A stretch of DNA of 64,000 bases from the human T2T-CHM13v2.0 reference genome, Homo sapiens, in the NCBI RefSeq assembly GCF_009914755.1, contig NC_060926.1; one strand, given 5' to 3'. The notes under the pieces are model-generated. The model made no database searches, was not told the DNA's origin, and worked only from the letters and a program-made list of their open reading frames with translations. Of this stretch, positions 58,230-64,000 are shown piece by piece. The stretch's first letter is position 1, and every line of letters begins with the position of its first letter. The translations under genes and the position numbers were made by a program.

Positions 58230-58552
58230 AAATAATATATTATTGATGATCTGTGAAACTGTATTCAAGCTTCAAAATATGGTTCAGCACACTGGTACAG
58301 TAGACTTCCAGGAGACACATTGTTAGTATTTAACACACTCAGAGTAATTTAAATAGAAGCCAACTGTAGTAACAATTAGTTAGGGAAATAAAATTTTCCC
58401 AAAGCCTAAAATCAATTTCTAGCCACTCTATATTGTTGAGCCATTTTACACTAAATACATTGTTAACTGAGAATGTGTGTTTTAGTATATACATTGTTCC
58501 CTCTTGGAAGAACTTGAGAATTTTAAGGTTGATAATGAGGTTAATTTTTATC
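58230..58552 (-). pseudogene. Ig exon: FQEGTMYILKHTFSVNNVFSVKWLNNIEWLE/ITLSVLNTNNVSPGSLLYQC
   Basis: ORF 58339..58584 plus a shifted frame; cctatattcag| acceptor. Confidence 0.7.
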
Positions 58553-59789
58553 CTGAATATAGGAAATATGTTAGAAGCTATCAAAGAAATACATATTTTA
58601 AAGGCAGGTGGTTGGTTACAACGGAAATTATGAAACAGAATGCATATTTAAATGAATGTCAATTTCTAATTTTGTAAATTATTTCTCATTTGTATTAAAT
58701 ACAAACATAAAATAAGTCATTTCTATAACTACCTCAAATAGCTGTTGTGATTAAAACAGCTAATGTTTTAAACAAACTATCTACCAAAGAGTACCATTAG
58801 GGTACACAGCTTGAAAATATGAAAATTTAAAAAGTAATCTTGCTGAAATATGGAATAATTTCACATAGTAAAGAAAATGCAATTGTTGTACTAAGTGATA
58901 ATTTATCTGTGACACCTCTTAAATGGCCTATAGAAATGTATACTGATGGCTCAAAAAGAGCATTTTAAACGCCTAAGTCACCTAAAGAATTTTGATTTTG
59001 TTTTTAAAGATTTCCAGGGTTGAAAATTTGTCTTGTTAATTAACACTTTTATTATCAAGAGTTTTTTTCTGTTTACACAAGTTGTCTCTTGTTACATTTA
59101 CTATCATTTTTATTGTTGCTGTTGTTTAAAATGAATAGGTCAAAGTATGTACTTATATAGCACGGTTAAACAAATCAAGTTATTGCCACTTGCTCTAAAA
59201 GGACTTGGGGTTCTGTTTTCTTGCTTCTCTATATCTCTCTTGCAATTGAATGACTGACTAGGAGAGTTGGAAGGGACTTTTAGACCATAGAGTTCAGTAG
59301 TTTTCAATATGGGCTCTAAGAAGTCTGCAAAGTTTTCACAGACACACTCTCTCTCTCTCCCAATCAGCAACCCAGGAAGCTTCCCAAAAAAACTGACATT
59401 TCTAGTAAAAATTTGAGATACATATTTGCAGCTCATGCACTTAGCTATCCTTTTTTATTCAATTCTTAAATCTCTTCTATTTTTTTCTTTTTCTCTGTAG
59501 ACTATCAATGCCAATGTTTCTTTTAAAAAAAGCCATCAAATTTATAGACTATAAAATCTGACATACGGATATTCTGAAAATTCACAGTTTTCAAGTAAAC
59601 TGCTGACCAGAAGGTCATTACATTGAAATTTATTTGTAATTTATGTCCCAGATGTTGTATTTTGGCTATTAAAAATGCCGTGAGTAAAAATAGCATGAAT
59701 AAAGAGTGTTAAAAGAAGGAAATTACAGTTACGTTGCTTACAAAAAAAAGATTTCACAAGAGTAATAATTTATTTTGAAACCAAAAATC

Positions 59790-60090
59790 TAATCATTTTT
59801 ATTTTGTTTTAATTAATTTTGAGTAAATAACATAGTCCCAAAATTCAAAAATTAAAAAAAACACAAACACCTCCCTCCCAGCCTGGTCTCTGTCCATATA
59901 ATACCCCATCCTTTCCACAACTTCAAACAGATAACTGCCATTATTGTGGCTGTGTATTTTTCCAAAGAATTTTTATACATTAAAAAAGCAAATAGAAACA
60001 TGTACGTATCCCTGTCCATTTTGCACAAAAGGAAGTATTCTATACATGCTGTTCAGAAATTTGTTCTATTAACTTAATATACCTTGGAAA
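59790..60090 (-). mobile_element. L1ME fragment
   Basis: gataactgccattattgtgg...ttttgcacaaaaggaagtattctatacatgctgttc...aacttaatataccttggaaac. Confidence 0.65.
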
Positions 60091-60470
60091 CTTTATTGAC
60101 CATCTTGTATGCCTAGCACCCTTATAGGCAGATATAAGAAAACCACACAAGTGTTATACTTCTAATTTTCATCACGATAGTCTCCTAGAAATTCACATAA
60201 ACTAAATCATTGTTCGATGGACCATATCTCTTCAATTGAACAATACTGCAACTGGGAATTATACTCTTGACCAAAGACCAACATCAAATAAGTTATAGTT
60301 ATGACCAAAATATACTAAGTAAAAGACAGGGAAAAGAACCTTTAAATTAGCATTAGTCAAAATAATTACTTCCCAAATGTCATACATTATATACATAAAT
60401 GAAAATTTTCAAATGATTCTATAAGCTACAATGTGTATAAACAGCTATATGCTTTTACCATAAACTTTAC

Positions 60471-60620
60471 CTATCTAAAACTATGATCACACAAAACACA
60501 TTTGATGATATTTTTCTTGTCTTTTTAGAATTTGTAAGTTTTTCCCCACTTTGGCATGATTTTGAAGCCCAAAATCTCCTTTTTACAAAGTCACCTGCTT
60601 TTTTCTCTTGGCAAATGTAC
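60471..60620 (-). pseudogene. Ig exon: ...SGEKLTNSKKTRKISSNVFCVIIVLD
   Basis: atattatag| and ATAG|gtaaag, 150 nt, one open frame; QVTL/EILG..PKW motifs in the other frames. Confidence 0.65.
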
Positions 60621-60789
60621 CTATAATATGCAGAATAATTCAAAATCATTTCATTATATCATTCTTTTCAACAATAATCATTGAGACATATGAATATTTG
60701 AAGTCGTTTCAATTAGGATAAGGGCTTACAGAAAACTTTGAAACGGATTTATTTGTTCTTATTTTTGTCATCACAGTCTAATAGTATCA

Positions 60790-61008
60790 TTGAATGCTTT
60801 CAAGGAAGAGAGGAGCCACATTAAAGTCAAACAGGCAGAGGACATGAAAGGGAAACAGCCAGGTTCATGATCACCTACTATGGCCAAGTGCAGAAGAAGG
60901 ACAGCAAATAGGAAGGGAGCTGTGTGGTCTCCACTGGTGAAAGATGTCTTTCTCTCCATTTTTTCAAACTACATGAATCACTGTGTAGCAACTTAACCTA
61001 GGTGAAAA
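60790..61008 (-). pseudogene. Decayed Ig exon: IHVV*KNGEK/...GDHTA...SSACLTL
   Basis: tttctttggcag| acceptor; W>TGA in V.W.KNG; ORF 60771..60959. Confidence 0.6.
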
Positions 61009-61953
61009 CTGCCAAAGAAATGAATAAATATGAATGAGTCATAAAGAAAAGTCTCTGGCAAAATGGAATCAATGAAGTTGTACTCAACAGTAATTGCCTG
61101 TTTTAAATATGACTCTTGGCCACAAATTACTTGCAGTTCTGATTTATTTTTGTCATTATTGTGGAAAATAACCCCATATTGAGAGACCTGGTGACATTAA
61201 TTTTCAGTCAAGAATAATCATTTATTTAATAATTTTGTGTGGCCTGAGGTGATTTTTAAGAGTACACAGATTCACCACAACTGGGGTCATGATAAAAATT
61301 TTCTTGTTTCATATGCTCTCATCTCCCACTCTGCTCCTCTTTCCCATAGATCTCAGATCTTGCTCCCCAAAAGGTTCAGCACCTTCACATTGCTTCTGGT
61401 CCTCTGTGGCTCCTTACCCAGGACCACCACCTTCCTGAAAATTAAGAGCCTCTGAAATGGCCAGCCCATTCCTCAACGTCCAATCATAACCCCTGTACTC
61501 CTGAGGAAGCTCATGAATTGAGGGCAATGAGTATTGATGGAAGACTTCCGAGCAGCAAAAGGTGCAGAATGTGGAGCAAGTGAATGAGCCCGAGAGAAGA
61601 ATGACAATAGGATAACATTTGTATTATTTCTACAATTATAGGCTACCATTAATTATAGAACATACCAATGATTTGTTTGCAAGGTTGAGCTCCTAACACA
61701 AAATTTAAAGGGATATTGATGGCCATGATGGTGGCAATAAACTTGAATTTCTGGCACTTTATCTTTATTGGGATAGCAGCACAAATGCAGTCTCTTCACT
61801 GTGCCAGTTCTGTGGATTAGGGTTGGGGGGGTGTTGTGGCTAGATGGTTAGCCTAGAGCCTGATCCTCATCCCTGTCAGTGATCCTCTCTGAGACTGTTC
61901 TATACGTGTGAGGTTTTGGTAAACTAACCAAGATGAATTCATAGTTGTTCGTA

Positions 61954-62032
61954 TTAGGTTGGTGCAAAAGTAATTGCAGTTTTTGCCATTAAAAGTAACT
62001 GCAAAAATAGCATTACTTTCGTACCAACCTAA
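61954..62032. mobile_element. MADE1 (Hsmar1-derived MITE) with TA target duplication
   Basis: ta|ttaggttggtgcaaaagtaattgc...gcattactttcgtaccaacctaa|ta terminal inverted repeats. Confidence 0.95.
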
Positions 62033-62439
62033 TAACTAAGACCTCTGACTGATAAACTCTACCTCACAGGGCTGTTGTAAGGCTCAAATAAGATGCTGTA
62101 CATCATCAACTAATGTAGGTGGTATTATTATAAACTTTTAAGCTTGCATTCATAAGAAAGGATAATATTTTATGATATTAAGCACAGCTTACTCAATAAT
62201 TCATTCCACTTTTACTAAATGGCCTCTTTGAACATCACTTCTTATAATTCATAGCCATTTGGGAATACTGAACAGTAGCTACACATATATTACATTACTG
62301 ATTTTACCATGAATCCTAACCTAAAAAATACTTAAAACTCTTCAAGAAAGAAAATTTCTAATCAAAGTAATTTTGTGATGGATTTATTAACACTCAGCAA
62401 TTCTTGCTTTGTTATCCATCTCTGAGTTCCTGAGATAAA

Positions 62440-63420
62440 AGACCATGAGGATCCTAACAGCAGGCACCATGTACCATTCATTATTGTACTTTTTACAATG
62501 AAATATAGAATGATGTCCAGCAACTCTAACTTCTTGGTAGCAATTTCAATATTCTAGTTTAATGTAGAACTGGCTTTTATGGAGTCAGAATAAAAAAGTC
62601 AAATTCAATGCAAACTCAGCTTATTTTTTTCATTTACATGAAACATTTTTAATTCTATTAGTTTTGTGTTTAAAAAAAATTGAAAACTATTAAATGACCC
62701 CTAGTCATTTAAATCACAGATAATTGAATGCTTTTCTTTTTTAGTGTTTGATAACGCCACAATTTTTATACTTTTAGATGCACCTACTGGTACAACAAAG
62801 AGTAACTTTTGCTGGAAATTTGAAATTGACAGTCATAGATAGTCATCTAAATGATTATTTCTAGACTCCAGTTTTGTTTCAATGTAATTGTACTGCATTA
62901 AGGCATAGCCAGTACAAATGAACAAAAGAGCTATCCTGCAGAATATGGCCCAATCTTCTTTATTATGATATTAAAAGGGATTTGGATTTAGATACTCACA
63001 TGTCTGCATTTAGAGCCTCAGAATAAGTCTTTTAAAGTCACCATGCCCTCTTTATCACTACATGCCCCAAATTACCCTTTTCTACTCCTATCAAAATTTA
63101 TTAGAGATTTTTAAAAATTAACTTCTATTTTATATTCTAGGTCTCTTGTGTGGGTAAAAAATGCACTAGCCATTTATTTGCAGAACAATAGCAGCGATAT
63201 TTGATGAATGGAAGAGACCTAAAATCTACTTTTATATTTCTCAGCCTTATTTATCTAATGGAAAGTAGCTGAGTTCCATTGTCCTGAGGACTGCTCCACC
63301 TCTGAGATCTTACGATTCAATGTTCATATACAAAAGGTCCCTGTCCTGCACGTGTCAGGACATCAACTAAGCCTGCAGCACTATGGAAATCCTCCTCTTG
63401 GCATATCAGTCACTGGCATG
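62440..63420 (-). pseudogene. Further weak Ig remnants: ELKMFHVNEK/AEF; SSGQW...INKAEKY
   Basis: Manual translation; heavily decayed and boundaries unknown. Confidence 0.35.
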
Positions 63421-64000
63421 CTTTGTTGTTGTTGTTGTCAGTTTTAAAAATGGTTCTGCAAGAACAGACCTGTTAACTGAGACAAGTAGAAGTGACAGCT
63501 GAGAGAGGCTTTATTATTTTTCTTCTCTGCCAAGGAAGAATCATAGCCAATGCCCATTGGAATGCTGTGAATATGGGGTTCTTTCTCATTTGCAATTCAT
63601 GTTTTAAGTAGAGAACATAAAATTTCTGCACACATGAGTACTGAGTTTATGGTTGTCCACAGTTATCAAATATACCACAAGCTATGTGAAACTTTCAATA
63701 GACTATAGTTCAACTTCCTTCCTTTATTCAGCTCCTTAGACTCCCAGTTTCTAGGCCTTTGGTAGAGGCTGAACTGTTGTAATTATGTGTTACGCAGTTG
63801 TCCTGGCTTCCTAAGACATCAATAGTTTTCTATGCCTTCAAGTTAGAACACAGTTATTGGGTCTGAAAGCAGTTTTGCCTACAAGTGTTAAAATCTGTCC
63901 ATTGGTTATCTCTTGTGTAGAGATTTTCTTAAGAAGTATTCATTTTGGATACTTTGACATTTAATAAAGAAAAGAATGTCCTGGGAAGTCTGCCATATCC

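Overview
Primate, human-like, AT-rich genomic DNA dominated by Alu, L1, L2, MIR, MaLR/ERVL LTRs and DNA-transposon relics. There is no CpG island and no intact protein-coding gene; most long ORFs in the track are Alu or L1 artefacts. The main observation is in the unique DNA between the repeats. On the minus strand, across the whole 64 kb, it carries more than 25 decayed exon-like segments. Manual translation, allowing stops and frameshifts, gives immunoglobulin I-set motifs (P..F...L.D..V..G; C.V.G.P.P.V.W.K.G; L.I..V...D.G.Y.C...N..G...A.L.V), and many segments still have canonical AG/GT splice sites and compatible phases. This looks like the fossil (unitary pseudogene) of a very large titin/obscurin/MyBP-C/IGFN1-like tandem-Ig gene that runs off both ends of the window, with some exons broken by old transposon insertions. 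A near-perfect 38-bp-arm hairpin ends exactly at one of its splice acceptors, and there is a MADE1 (miR-548-type) hairpin. I could not assign a gene name or locus. Repeat subfamily names come from recalled consensus resemblance, not a search, and many boundaries are approximate.
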